Shown here piece by piece: positions 12,890 to 27,152 of a DNA stretch of 64,000 bases; the stretch's first letter is position 1, and each line of letters starts with the position of its first letter. The DNA comes from Felis catus. Taxonomy: Eukaryota. Location of the stretch: positions 176,206,001-176,270,000 of the forward strand of contig NC_058368.1 of the NCBI RefSeq assembly GCF_018350175.1. Direction: 5' to 3'. A program made the translations under genes and the position numbers. Below the pieces are notes generated by a model that did no database searches, was not told the DNA's origin, and saw only the letters and a list, made by a program, of their open reading frames with translations.

Positions 12890-15230
12890 GATACTGTAAA
12901 AAAACCAGACAATTGACACTACCTCAATCATGTGACTAAATCTAACATGACCAATAATGGGACAAACTAATATATGTGCCTCTTGATTGATGGAATGAGA
13001 AGGATAATCACCTATGAAGATTCTTGCCAAGAAAATTTAACTGCATGTAATCATGAGGAAACAGACAACTCCAGATGTTGGGACATTTTACAAGAACAGC
13101 TACCTAGATTTTTCATAAGAAAAAATAAACACAACACTGGGAGACTGATCTAGATTAAAGGAGAAAAATGATATAAATAAATGTAATGCATGATACTTAA
13201 TGGATAAAAACCAAAAAGGCTCTAAGGGACATTATTGAGACAAATGGGGAAGTTTAAATATGGACTCCATGTAGATATTGTATCAATGTTGAAGTACTTG
13301 GATGTGAAAATGGTATTGTGCCTTATTCTCAGAATGTCCTTGTTCTCAAGAAATACATGCTGAAGTAGTTAGGGATGAAGGGTATGTTTAGAAGTTACCT
13401 TCAGATACTTAGGAATAAAAATAAGTAGATAATCCAAATAAAGCAACTGCAGCAAAATATTAACAACTGGTGAATCTAGCTGAATGATAAGCAGATGTTC
13501 AGTGTACTATTTCTACTTTTCTTACAGGAATGAAATCTTAAATGAAAAGTTAAGGGAAAAAATATATATGTTATAACTAAAAAAGTCAACTCACAAGATA
13601 ACAATGCAGAGCTTACAAATTATCAAAGAACACATACTGAAACTATAATAATGGATCATATAGTGAATGATATAAAAAGGCAAAAGCCATATGAACAAAG
13701 GCTAACAGATTTTTTGATGACAAAACTAAAATCAAACATGTATCAATAAATAAAAAAGGAGTTCAACTCACCTATTAAAGAAAAACTCCCAGTCTGACAA
13801 ATAAAGGACTATATGGTATATATAAAAATCTAAAAGTGAATTTTATAATATGCTTATCAAAATTAAATTTGAATTTAAATGTTTTTAAAAGAGATGTGTC
13901 TAGTATGAAGTGACTCAGAAAGACTGAAAATAAAAGAGTAGGCAAAGGTATACTAAGCAAATATAAATAGTAAGAAAGCTGTATTTATGATTATAATATC
14001 AGACAAGACTGAATTCAGAGAAAAAGCTATTAAGACAAAAGAAGTATGCTTCATGATGTAAAGATTACAATTCATAATAAAGATCTACTGGTAAGGATTC
14101 CCATTCAAGCACTCCAGCATTCAAAAGCACAACCTCGGAAAATAGGGGAAAAAATGAGATACATTAGTGGTGGGTGCTCATTCTCAGTTTTACATAGAGT
14201 AAATGGACACCCCTACAAAAATGAAAAGGAAAAAGAGACCTAATTAAGATGACCTAACCAACATATAACGGAGTCTTTTTTTTACTAAGTTTATTTTTTG
14301 AGAGAGAGAGCATGAGCAGGGCAGGGGTAGGGGATTCAAAGCTGGCTCAGTGCTGACAGCAGAGGTGGGGCTCAAATTCACAAGCTGTGAGGTCATGACA
14401 TGAGCCAAAGTCAGATGTTTAACCAAGCCACCAGGTGCCCCAATATAATGGGAGTCTTAACATAATAAATGTATCTGCTTTTCAAGTGCCCACAGAACAT
14501 TTAAATAGGTTGTAATAAATGTAACAAATATAAATAAATGTAATCATATGTTAGATAGCTTAAAAAAATCTTAAATCACACACAAAAAAAGAATAGTTAA
14601 TAACAAAACTAGAAAATAATAATACCTACCTTCTGGAAAATTTTAAATCTCTCTCAAGCAATTCTTGGGTCACAGAGTAAATCAAGCATAAAATTTCAAA
14701 GTATTCACAAAACAATGAAATATGACATCAGAATTTGGGATATAGCTAACGCAGCACTCAGAAGAAATTTCAAAGGTTTTTAATTATATAATGAACAAGA
14801 AAGAATAAAAAGAAGTGAATTAAGCAACCAACATCTAATCAGAAGAACTGACAAATTCAAGAGCTGGTTGTTTGGGGGGGGGGGGGGGGAAGCAGAACCA
14901 CCTGTAATTAACCAATTCAAGAAGTGAAGGTGAACACAGTAGACATAAACAAATGAAAATGAAGCACTAGCCACGGATACAGAGGAGTATGAAGATAATT
15001 TTAATAAATTTGAGGGCATGGAGGAAGTGGGTAATTTTCTAGGAATATATAAATTATCAAAACTGACTCCAGAAGAGCTTGTAATCTGACATACAAATTA
15101 TCAGAGAGAACACAGAAAGTTTTCAAAGAGTTAATCACAAAAAAACACACAGGATGGAGACAGTTTGAAAGAGTATTCTACCAAATCTTTAAGAAAAAGA
15201 AACTCCAACTTATTTAAACTGCTCCAGAGG
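12890..15230 (+). mobile_element. Ancient L1 fragments (3' end plus degenerate ORF2 endonuclease region), interrupted by a minus-strand SINE at ~14276-14441
   Basis: A-rich, with CAACTCACCTATTAAAG resembling the L1 EN NSPIK motif and other decayed ORF2 motifs. Confidence 0.6.
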
Positions 15231-17530
15231 GGAATTCTGAAAAGACTGTTACAAAGCTGTATAGATTTTTAATCTCCTCAGTTCCCCATATAAAGAGATT
15301 AAGCAGAAAAACCATAAACCCATGGAAAACATTAACAAGTGACAAGTTATCTCCACAAACCCCAAAATCCGAAAGGGTTCAAACAAACTATCAAAAGTGA
15401 CAAGACCTCCATGGTATTAACATTACCAACATTTGTGTAGGATGAGTCAAAAGGGAGTAATTGGACCTGAGAACAAAAGCATAAAATAGCCAACAGGTTA
15501 TGCACTGGAAGCCACAGGAAACCAACATGAGAACAAAGCTGAAGCCGTGAGGGATTTTTGTCCAAATGAATAGTGAGTACAAGGTGAGTGCAAGGAGCCT
15601 GCAGTAAGGTGTTGAGGGGCTGGAGCAGTCTAGCCTCTGTGAACTAAAAACTGACCAACCAGGACTCCCTTGCATGAGAAGAGCCAGGATTGGTAAGAAT
15701 CAAAATTGAGTAAGACAGGAACAATAGATATGAAAGAAAGAGACGGTGCAGATAAAATGGGAGAGGAGCAGAGAACAAGAAATTTCAGAAAGCAAGCTGC
15801 CCTGTGCACCTGCCCTGCCACAAGTTCTTCTTGCCCTCACTTGACTGTGGGCTAGTGACATACAAATGTACCAAAAAAATTGCCTCCCACCCTTTGCTTT
15901 TGCATATCACCTCAGCATCCAATAAAGGCACTTGTCCCCAGGTTCCTTTGTTTTTCTCCCACTCCATGTCTCTCTCTCTTCTCTGTCTCTTCCCTACCTG
16001 CTTTGTTGAGTCTTCTCCCTTAGTGCTTCCTTCATGTGGCCCCCTTGTGGCATGTGGTGACTTTGTTTCTCTAGGATAAGCTTTCTTCCTGCTCCTCTCC
16101 TGTGTCCCCTTCTTGTGGCTAGACTATACACCATCTCATAAATGAATACAAAACATAGTTTTATATTAACAAAAACAGAGGACTCTGTAAAGCCTGAAGT
16201 CAGGAAATCTATTGTGAACCAAACTTTCAAAGTTCAGAAAAACCAAATTCACATACAAATGAATAGAAAAATATCAAGGTCAAAAATCCCATATAAAGTT
16301 ATTATAAGAAAAAAGAGAAGAATATTCCTACAAACAATGAATATCCTAGCAGATATGACCACAAAACGACCATATATATCCTTTATTATTATCCCAAATG
16401 GTCAGAACCTACTATTATTTCAGAACGAACTCAAGGATATTCAAAATGAACTAAAACACATTAGAGAAAATGTTACATGAAGGGACAACATAAATCAGAA
16501 ATAGAAAAACTCAGAAATAAGGTGACAGAACTCAGAAAAAAACTGGAAGAAAAATTAATTTCTGAAATTAAGAAAAAACAAAAAAATACAAGGGCAGCAA
16601 ATAAACACAACAATAATGCTTTCAAGAGACATGGAGGTGCAAACAAGAAACAATTTTAAAATAAAAAAAGAAATTAAGAAGCAAAAAACTGATAAAAAAA
16701 CTAAATATACATAGGAAATACCGAAGCTAGGCAAAGAAGGTCCAACCCACAAATAATAATTCCCTGAACAACAAAAACAAACAAAGCAAGGAAACAGGTC
16801 AAATAGTAATGTTTGAAAGAGCACAGTACACACATGACAATATCAACCTAAAATGACCAACTCCAAGACAAAGTCTAGTGAAATTACTGGGATTTAAAGA
16901 AAAAGAAAGGGGTGCCTGGATGGCTCAGCTGGTTTAGCATCTGACTTTGGCTCAGGTCATGATCTCGTGGGTTTGGGAGTTTGAACCCCGTGTGGAGCTC
17001 ACTGCTGTCAGTGTGGAGCCCACTTTGGATCCTCTGTCCCCTCCTCCCCTAGTGGTCTCCCTCTCTCAAAAATAAAATAAACATTAAAAAAAGAAAAAAA
17101 AAAGAAAAAATCCTGTTGACAACTTGGCAAAAATAGCAAATGACCTATAAGGAGAAAAAAAACCTAGGCAATTATTAGCTTTTTAACAGAAACATTTTAT
17201 GCCAAAAAAAAAAAAACAAAAACGGAGAAGCATATTTAAATACTCAAGGAAAGGGGCACCTGGTGGCTCAGTTGGTTAAACATCCGACTTAGCCTCAGGT
17301 CATGATCTCAGGGTTTGTGAGTTTGAGCCCCACGTGGGGCTCTATGCTGACAGCTCAGAGCCTGGAGCCTGCTTCAGATTCTGTGTCTCCCTCTCTCTCT
17401 CTGCCCCTCCCCTGCTCGTGCTCTCTCTCTCTCTCCCTCAAAAATAATACACAAACATTAAAGAAAATTTTTTTAAAGGAAAGAAAATGTGAGTCAAGGA
17501 ATTTGAAATTGACCTTTATATACACGTTTA
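15230..17530 (+). mobile_element. HAL1/L1 ORF1-like remnant carrying two SINEs (~16908-17108, ~17253-17475)
   Basis: Coiled-coil-like fragment KSEIEKLRNKVTELRKKLEEKL (ORF 16477) and decayed ORF1 C-terminal motifs. The 5' boundary is uncertain. Confidence 0.5.
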
Positions 17531-17959
17531 TCAACATGTAAGGCCTTTAAATTAAAAACTAAAAAGGTAAAAAGAATCTTTACTTGTAATATTAAGTTCC
17601 TCCCTCTACCTAATAAAAGAACTGAAAATTATTTTAAAGAACATTAAAGACAGAAAGGCACTGAAAGAATACATAAAATATTAAAACAGCATCAATCCAT
17701 TTGAAGAAAAAGTCAAGTAAATTCACCAGGACTTCCTATTTGCATACTGAATTAACCTACATGAGGTAAAAAGTAACTGGTTGTTTAGGAAAATATTGAT
17801 AGTTAGAATCCACTCTTCACCTAAGTGTTTTCTACATAAATATAGTTTTGTTCAAAATAAACTTCTGATCTTTCATACTGTTTTATTTTTTTATTTTTTT
17901 AAATGAATGGTAGTTTTTCAATCTCATCTTGTATTTTGGGTAATTGAGGTGATCTTGGG

Positions 17960-18191
17960 TTTTTTGTGTTTTAAAAAAAAATTTTTTTTAATGTTTATTA
18001 GTTTTGAGAGAGAGAAAGAGAGAGAGACCAAGCAGGGGAGGGGTGGATAGAGAGGGAGACACAGAATCGGAAGCAGGCCCCAGGCTCTGAGCTGTCAGCA
18101 CAGAGCCCAATGCAGGGCTCGAACTCAAACCACGAGATCATGACCTGAACTGAAGTCAGCCGTTTAACCAACTGAGCCACCCAAGAACCCC
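17960..18191 (-). mobile_element. CAN-SINE
   Basis: Full-length SINE body on the reverse strand. Confidence 0.88.
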
Positions 18192-18669
18192 TTTACTGTT
18201 TATTTTCTGTATAAATATACAGTTCTTAGTTTTGTTTCATTTTCCATTACTCTATTTTGATACATATGTACAACTCTATTTTTGAAAAGGTAATTCTGTA
18301 AATATAATAATTACATATTCATTTTACTATTCTGTGAACTTACCTAGTAACTATAAGTCATTTCCCAAAACTTAGCAAAAAGAATTATTAATTACTGATA
18401 AGCAGTAATCACTGAAATGTTATACTGTTTGGAATACCTAAATAGAAAAATTAGATCTATCTTGTTAGCCAATTATATCACAAATAATTATCAGGTTAAT
18501 ATGTTGTGAACATGCAACTTAAGCATTTGACTAATTTTAATTGACTTTGTCATGAAAAAAATCTTCAATTTTCTAAAATATGAATGATGGATTTTAGGAA
18601 TAAGGTGGAAATAAAACTTTTAAGAAAAAAGAAAAAAACCTAAATGGTTAAGATGTAATATGGTAACAT

Positions 18670-19460
18670 CAACAGCTAACACTTATGGAATATTGAGAAT
18701 TTATGTGCTCAGCAGGGTGCTAAGTGTTTTATATGCACTCTTCTCAATTAATCCACACAATTGTCCATATTTTATAGATGAACAAAATTAGGTTGAGGGA
18801 AGTGAAGTCACTTTCGTAGGGTCCTCATGTAGTATGTAGTAGGGCCAGGAGTTCAATCTAGAACTGATTTCAAATACTCTGATTTTAACCACTACACAAT
18901 AAACTAACTTCTGTTTTTTGGAAACATGACTTTAATTTTCAGACCACTGGTTTTGCCAGAGCCACAGAGACACCACTAGTGTTTGTTAGGTTTTTGTTTT
19001 TTTTTTTTTGGTGTGTTTGTTCTTTGGTAAAAAGATAGGAAACAAGGCTTGCAGATCTTAAAATAAAGAAAATGCTTCCAGAAAAATACTCAAAAGTGCC
19101 AAATGTTACAATGAGTGTCAAGAAAAAGAAATTCTCAAGTAGGCCTACTGGATGAAGCGATTAGGGGGCCAATGATAAACTATTCAGGTCAGACTACAGA
19201 GATGAGAGTCAGATGATAGGGCTCAATGATGGTATGTGGAGGCAGTGTGAGCATTGGAACTCAAAGAACTTCTACTCCTGGTTCGGCCACTTATTGATTG
19301 TGGGACTCATAAGATACTTTAATACCTTGCTGTGTTTTCTAATTCCTATTTGTAAAACTAGAGTAATAATACCTCCTTCACAGAACTGTGAAAGTAAATG
19401 ACGAAACAACCTTAGCAGACAGGTCCTAGGTCATAGTACGTACCCAGTAAATGTTAGCTG
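18670..19460. mobile_element. Two MIR elements (~18670-18900, ~19230-19460)
   Basis: MIR core motifs ATTTTATAGATGAAC..AGTGAAGTCACTT and TGTAAAACTAGAGTAATAATACCT. Confidence 0.6.
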
Positions 19461-19919
19461 TTTATCCCTTCTGAACACCAGAGGAAGCCCTCTTTCCTGG
19501 CCCTTGATCTCACTTACAAACCTTCTCCTTTGGCCTTCAAGCATAAATGTTGCCAAACTTTATGAAACTATTTTGCTAATATCTATATGCATTGCTAATT
19601 TTACCAATGATTTCCAAACTACCTTTCAAATATACCAGAATATTTTACCTTCAGTATGAACACAATGCTGACAAAGAGAAACTAATAATTTCAAAGACCA
19701 TCAGAAACATGCATTGTGGACACATGCATGGAAGCATTCAATCTGCATTTATTTTTAATTAAAGAAAATGCAATCATTTTGGTAGCTGCGAGAAGTATTT
19801 CTGTATAAATAGAAATAAACTGTTCAATGAACCATGAGAATCTATCCCAAAAACCAAGAGCACACTTTACACACTGTATGTTAGCCAATTTGACCATAAA
19901 TTATATTAAATAAATAAAT

Positions 19920-20051
19920 ATCAGACTCTGGGCTGATGGCTCAGAGCCTGGAGCCTGCTTCCAATTCTGTGTCTCCCTCTCTCTCTGCCCCTCCCCCGTT
20001 CATGCTCTGTCTCTCTGTCTCAAAAATAAATAAACGTTAAAAAAATTTTTT

Positions 20052-20087
<36 letters not shown>

Positions 20088-20090
20088 ATA
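19920..20090 (+). mobile_element. 5'-truncated SINEC_Fc with (AAAT)n tail
   Basis: Begins at CTCTGGGCTGATGGCTCAGAGCC and lacks the tRNA head. Confidence 0.85.
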
Positions 20091-20428
20091 GAAATAAACT
20101 GCTGCTCACTTCACTCCATGGAAACATCTTGATTTCTTCACAGCGATTGCCACAATTTGTTATTTTTTCTGTTTATTCTTGGTCTTCCATTTTTAGACTA
20201 GTGACCAAGTTGTTATTCAACCCTATATCCCCCCACACTGGGCCATATAGCAGGCACTGAAAAAACTTTGAATGAATTTATAGTAACTAAAAGTAAGAAA
20301 AATTGTCTTAACAGAAATGTAAAAAAAATTCTGAGATATTTACAGTTTTAAGAAAATAGAATGATTTATAGTGTTTGTTACTCTAGAATTCAGGTAAGGA
20401 ACTAAATAATTATTAAAAAGTAAGCTCT

Positions 20429-20650
20429 AGGGGCACCTGGGTGGCTCAATCAGTTCAACGGTCGGCTCTTGGTTTCATCGCAGGTCATGGTCTCACAGTT
20501 TGTGAGTTCGAGCCCCAAGCTGGGGGTCCCCACTGACAGTAAAGAGCCTGCTTGGGATTCTCTCTCTTCCTCTCTCTCTCTCTGCCCCTGCCCTGCTTGC
20601 TCTCTCTCTCTCCCTCTCTCTCAAAATAAATAAATAAACGTAAAAAAAAA
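20429..20650 (+). mobile_element. CAN-SINE
   Basis: TSD AAAAAGTAAGCTCTA on both sides. Confidence 0.88.
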
Positions 20651-21428
20651 GTAAGCTCTAATTCTTTTGAGTGACCTGATTCAATACACAATCAGCAGCC
20701 TGGGGAAAAATGAACTGGAAGAAAATTCTCAGATAGCTGAAGTATGTCACTCTACATAATGACTACATAAGAACCAGTTTTTAAAAGACTGTCCTAGAAT
20801 AAATATTGTTAAAGAACATATGAAACAGCTGAACCAATTTTATGATGCTTCAAGGTTCTCACAGATTGCACTATGCTGCAATGTCCTGGGATGCTACTCC
20901 CAAGGTTATCTGCTCCTATGGCCCCTAAGCTCCAGCACCTCTAGAGTTCTCATGTCTGTATTATCTCCCTCTTTCCTCCATCAGGTATTCCTCTACTTGA
21001 TTTCTGGATGCCTGCCTCTCTGTTCCTCCCCATGTTGTATAATCTGTCCAGGGAAAACCATACAACTAAGTTTATTAGAATCCCGTGAAATGTACTACTG
21101 AGTAAATGTACAGATAAGAACCTCCACCAAAGTACAAATTACAGGCTTGACAGCTCAGGGATCTTTCCTTTCCTCACAAAAGGTAAAGTTGCTAGAAGTT
21201 CATCTTTCCTAAGTGTTAAAATAGTTCAGTAATGAAGTATAAATAACAAATTGTGGTAACCAGCAATACGTTTATGAATGCAAAATCTCAAAAGACAAAA
21301 CAATTTGTAAAGAAAACTAACTACAATAAAAGCATTTGGGTTTTTCCTTAAAAGAACTTAGTATCTCCTTAAATCATATATCTTACACTACATGTTACTG
21401 TTATTAATTTTTCCAATATTCTTCTTAC

Positions 21429-21551
21429 CAAGAGTATCCTTAATGAGCATTTCAAGCTTCTGCCCCATGTTGGGTCCTCTCTCCTCTCTTGGATTCTGTA
21501 CTCGATTTACAATCTCTTGCTTGATGGAGTTGATTACAAACAATAAATTAT
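21429..21551 (-). CDS. CREBRF: CREBRF exon 8 (D)NLLFVINSIKQEIVNRVQNPREERGPNMGQKLEMLIKDTL
   Basis: TTACAG| acceptor, |GTAAGA donor, 123 nt, phase 1-1. Confidence 0.95.
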
Positions 21552-21939
21552 CTGTAAGACAGAATAAGACACTTGGAACACGTCACTGACATGGAAGAAT
21601 TTGCTTTTTATTATGTAGTAACAGTTATTTGGTTAAAAAATGGAAAATGTGTAAGAAAATATTAAGTAGTAATGGTTATAAGCTTTCTTATCCAAAGGGA
21701 CTAACTTCAAATGAGGTGCCATTTTCGATAACACACTGTAGACATGTATCAATGTCTACTATCCTATAAGCAATTTCCTTACTTGTCTTCATGGCTTTAA
21801 GACCTATGATAGTGCCTGTATATCAAATCATAGATGTTAATACATGTTTATTAAATAAATCAAATGAAGTCCTTCAAGTCCTCCAAAGACAAAACTTTAA
21901 AAACAAATATCCCCACCTTAAGAAGCTTTAAAAGAAAAA

Positions 21940-21994
21940 AGAAGGAAGGAAGGAAGGAAGGAAGGAAGGAAGGAAGGAAGGAAGGAAGGAAGGA

Positions 21995-22075
<81 letters not shown>
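21940..22075. repeat. Compound (GGAA)n(GAAA)n microsatellite
   Basis: Directly visible purine-only tetranucleotide arrays. Confidence 0.95.
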
Positions 22076-22076
<1 letters not shown>

Positions 22077-22079
22077 AAG

Positions 22080-25075
22080 AAGAGTTAACCAAAAGTAAAT
22101 AGAAGGAGAGAAATCATAAAGGGCAGAAATCAATAAAACAACACAAACATACAAGAGAGAAAAGTAACAAAGCCCAAAATGGTTCCTTAAAAAGATCAAC
22201 AAAATTGATATCCACTCCCACCCCCAGCCAACCCCAGCTAAATAGATCAATCACCTATATGATTGATTGGAATGAAAAAGGGGTTCCACCTTTTGGATTG
22301 ACATGGAATGAAAAAGGGATTGTCACTTAAGAATCTAGAGCCATTGAAAGAATAATAAGAAAATACTATGCCAACAAATTCAACAATTTGGTAAAAAATG
22401 GTCACATTTCTTGAAAATGCAACTTAACAAAACTGACACAAGAAGAAATGAAAAATCTGAACACCCTATTTGTAGTAAAAGTATTAATTTATCCAAAATT
22501 TATTCCCAAAAGAAAACCCAGAGGGTTTTAATGGAAAACTACATCAAATATACAATGAAGAAACAAAATTGATCTTATCAAACTTTTCAGAAAAGTGGAA
22601 GAAAGATCATGGCCTAATTCATTCTATAAAGCCAAAATAATCCAAATACCAAAACCTGACAAAGATATTACAAAAAAAAATCACAGAGCAATGTCCCTCT
22701 TGAATATAGACATCAAATTCTTAACAAAATATTAGCAACAGAATCCAACTTAAAGTTTTGGAATGGAATCTTATAGAATATTTGCAATAGACTCTAATAT
22801 ACAAAGGAATCTAAATCATAACCAAGTAGAGTTTATACTAAGAATGCAAGGTTGGTTTAATAATCAAAAATCAATTAATGTAATTCACCATATTAAGAGG
22901 TAAATATGTGATATGTTACCAGAATAAAGGAGAACAACATGACTGTTCCAATAGATGCAAAAAAGAGCATATAACAATATTCAACACCATTCAAGATAAA
23001 TGAAACTAGGAAAAGAAGAGAACTTACTTAAAGTGATACAGGGTATCATCTTACAAAAAAGCCTACCACCAACATCATACTTTAAGGTGAAAGGTTCCCT
23101 TCCCTGAGATTGCAAACAAGACAATCACCATGTCTATCCAATGTCTTAGATATTGCAATAAGGCAAGAAAATGAAAGGCATAAATATCAGAAAAGAAAAA
23201 AAGAAAAAATATCAGAAAAAAAAGAAAAAACAGCCTGGTGGCTCAGTCGGTTCAGCATCCAGCTCTTGGTTTTGGCTTAGGTCATGGTCTGACAGTTTGT
23301 GAGTTCAAGCCCTACATCAGGCTCACTACTCTCAGCACGGAGCCCACTTCAGATCCTCTGTCCCCCTCTCTCTCTGCCCGCCCCTACCCTGCTTTCACTC
23401 TCTCTCTCAAAAATAAACATTAAAAAACACACACACACACACAGCAAAGAAAAAATAAAGCCATCCCTATTTGCAGATGATGACTGCTTAAACAGAAAAT
23501 CCCAGGGCATCTACATACCTACACTGGAACTAATAAATTTAGCAAGATGACAAGATATAAGAATAATATATAAAAATCCATTTTATATATTAGCAGCAAA
23601 GAGTTTTAAAAGTAAAATTTCACGGGCACCTGGGTGGCTCAGTCAGTTAAGTGGCTGACTTCAGCTCAGGCCATGATCTCACAGAGAGCCTCGTGTTGGG
23701 CTCTGTGCTGACAGCTTGGAGCCTGGGGTCTGCTTTGGATTCTGTGTCTCCATCTGCCTCTGTCCCTCCCCCAATCACGGTCTCTCTCTCTCTCGCTCTC
23801 TCAAAAGTAAACATTAAAAAAAAAAAAAATAGGGGTGCCCAGGGGCACCTGGGTGGCTCAGTTGGTTAAGCATCTGACTTTGGCTCAGGTCATAATCTCA
23901 CGGTTTGTGGGTTCAAGCCCCGTGTCGGGCTCTGTGCTGACAGCTCAGAGCCTGGAGCCTACTTCAGATTCTGTGTGTGTCTCTCTCTGTCCCTCCCCTG
24001 CTCATGCTCTGTCACTCTCTCTCTCAAAAAAGAAATAAACATTAAAAATTTTTTTAAAAAATTAGGGGTGCCTGGGTGGCTCAGTTGGTTAAGTGTCTGA
24101 CTTTGGCTCAGGTCATGATCTTGTGGTTTGTGAGTTCAAGCCCCACAAAGAGTTCTGTGCTGACAGCTCAGATCCTGGAGCTTGCTTCAGATTTTGTTTC
24201 CCTCTCTCTCTGCCCCTCCCCTGCTTGCACTCTATCTCCCTCTCTCTCAAAAATAAAACATTAAAACAAAAAATTTAAGAAAATAGATTTCAAAAACGAT
24301 TCCATTTACAGAGCACCAAAAAATATTAAATAGCCAGTAACAGAACAAAAGATGTTACGCATTCTACACCGAAAGCCATAAAACAAGGCACAAAGAAATT
24401 AAGGAAGACCTAATAAATGGAAAGAGATACCAAGTTCATGGATTAGAAGACTCCATTTTGTTAAGATGGTAGTTCTCTCCAAATTGATCTACAGATTGAA
24501 AGCAATCCCAATCAAAATTTCAGTAAGCTTTTTTGTAAAAAGAGATTCCAAAATGTATATGGTCACGTAAATGACACAGAATAGCCAACACAATTTTGAA
24601 AAAACAAAATTGTAGGATTAACAAGGACTTAAACTTACCCGACTTTAAGATTTACTGTAAAATTACAGAAATCAAAATAGTTTGTATTCACATAAAGGTA
24701 GACAAATGATCAATGGAACAGAATACAGAGTCCAGAAGTAGACTCATACATATAGGGTCAACTGATCTGACAGAGATGAAAAAATAATTGAATGGGAAAA
24801 GGAAAATCTTTTCAATGAATGGTGCTTGATCAACTGAATATTCATATGGATAAAAATGAACATCAATTCTCACTCCACACCATAAATAAAAATTAACCTA
24901 AAATGGACCATAAACCTAAATGTAGAACCTAAAACTATAGGAATGCTAGGAGAAAACATACAAGAAAATATTTGCATTTTGAAGTTGGCTAAATTTCTCA
25001 GAACACAAAAAATATAAAATATAAAAAGAAAAATTGGCAAATTGGGAGTCCATCAAAATTAAAATTTTTTGCTCT
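22080..25075 (+). mobile_element. Degenerate L1 ORF2 (RT region) with four inserted CAN-SINEs (~23232-23426, 23623-23830, 23842-24060, 24065-24275)
   Basis: L1 motifs GAATGCAAGGTTGGTTTAA, CAATAGATGCAAAAAA, CTATTTGCAGATGATG (FADD), TCATGGATTAGAAGACTC, with many stops. Confidence 0.85.
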
Positions 25076-26967
25076 TTGTTAGCTCTTGGGGCTATCTCAG
25101 TTTTCCATGACTTGGTTCATTTTCCACTTGGGGATGTCTTAGGGATGTCCCTCTCAGTGTGGTCTTTTATATTTGGGTGCTTGATCTTTAGCAGAAATGA
25201 TGAATTCATTAACTCCTGTGTTTAGATATTGTTAATCCTTTTCCCTCTAACTGCCAAGTAAATTCCATTTTAACATCTTAAGTGTATAAGTTGTTGGATC
25301 CTAAAATAAAGGGGCTAGGGAAGATGAAGGAAGGGTTCTGTGCTGTGCTTAATTCTATGTAGTACAAAACATACAATGCAGAATAACTAAGACCTTCAGA
25401 ATACAGATAAATAAATAAAAACAGATAAGGATAATGCAATATATTTTTCATAAAGTTTAATTTAAGGTTGGCAACCTATAGTTCCAAATCCCAAATTCTT
25501 TTTCAAATGTCACAGATTTTTGAATCACAAATTCCAGGAACTACTCAGCTAATCGGTGGGTGGTGAGTAATGAGTGTTCCACAAAACAGTTAACTGACTG
25601 ACCGACAAATATCTCAAGGAATCAAGGGCACCACTCTCTTGAGGGATGAACCAGAAACCCTAGGAAGAATTTTCAAACTACATGTGGCAGACTACATGAG
25701 AGCATCTCATGGGGTTCTGAAATGACTTCTAATCCAATAGTTATGGCTGGCTGTTCTTTCCCAGAAACTGGAGAAGAGAAGGAAGGCAGAAGGGGAAGAG
25801 AAATAAATGAATGAGAAGATCCTCTTCCTCCATGCTGACTAACTGAGAAGAAAATGATAACCTTTTAAAGACAGGCCTATTCCTACATGAAAACAGAGGT
25901 TTTATTAGTTTTGGAAATAAGAAAAATTTAAGGCAGCTATCAAAAATCAATGAGATAGAACACATCCAGAAACACTCCAACTGGCCCTTAGCAATTCCCC
26001 AGGTGTTCCCTAATCCAGCATATACTTACATTACAGACCCAAAGCATGTGTGTGGAGATGTAAATTAGCATATACACAAATGCACAAATCTACAGGCACA
26101 CAGACACACAAACTTATAGTTAAATACGTAAATTGAACAACACACAGATAGATGCCTCCAAGTGTCCAAGGAAACACAGAGCCAGAAGGCTCCCAAATGG
26201 CCCATCATATCTCCCTGCAGTGTAAGTCATCTGGGTTCCAAAATGAAATATGAATGCCTAAGGTATTGTAATAATTATATGTATATGTACTCACAGAGCT
26301 CAAGGTCAGGATGCTTCAACAGCAAGAAAGAATAATGGGAAAATGAGTAGATTTCTTTTCTAACAAACCAACTATTGTTTTACCTAACTCATTTATCTGA
26401 TGAGAGTTCCTGAGTGGCCATTAATAAATAAAACCATCAGCTCATTTCACAAGTTGTAAACTTCACAGTAGGAAATCCTCTTTCTGCCCTCACAAGTGGA
26501 AGCAAGATAATCAAGATAAAGGATTAAGAAAACTGCACAAAGTTTAGTGAGCACCTATGTGCTAGACATTGTGCTGACTTCAGAAAATCTCTGGAAACAA
26601 ATAACAACTGGTCATTTTGCCACTGATCCACTTTCAGATACAACGTAGCCCAAGAGCTGTCCAGTGAAGAACATAATTTTAGAGGCAAAAGAACATACAA
26701 ACTCTTATGATACCAGGCTTAAGGAATAGTAACAGAGCAAGGAAGAAAGGAAGAATGGTTCTTATTACAGAAGATCAAGACCAGAGCTTTACAAACCTCT
26801 AGAGTGCTGAAAAAGGGTTCCAGGTGTTTTCAATAATAATCCTCTCAGTCCATAAGGGGCTTCCCCTGCCTTGAGCAGCCTACTCTGTTATATTCCAGGA
26901 TGTCTTAGAGATGATAACTTTTTACATGTGCCATGTTGTAAAAGACTGGGGGGCACTGATCTAAGCC

Positions 26968-27152
26968 AACAGTTCCCAAATATGTGCTAAGATAGTTGCC
27001 TAGAGTAATCTGGAGTAGTGTTAAAAATATGGACTCCTGGGTTCTACTTGCACAGACTCCAATTCATTGGATCTGGGGAGAAGCCTAGGGATCTATATTT
27101 TAACATGTACCCAGATGATTTTTAAGGAGCCATCAAATTTGAAAAACACAGA
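26968..27152. mobile_element. MER5-like hAT-Charlie DNA transposon
   Basis: TATTTTAACATGTACCCAGATGATT..TTTGAAAAACAC terminal motif. Confidence 0.55.

Noticed and set aside
21864..22250. KEGR/KERK and FFLS repeat ORFs
   Set aside because: Translation of the (GGAA)n(GAAA)n microsatellite.
22080..25075. Reverse transcriptase-like sequence as an active element or novel RT system
   Set aside because: Heavily decayed L1 ORF2 with stops, frameshifts and SINE insertions.
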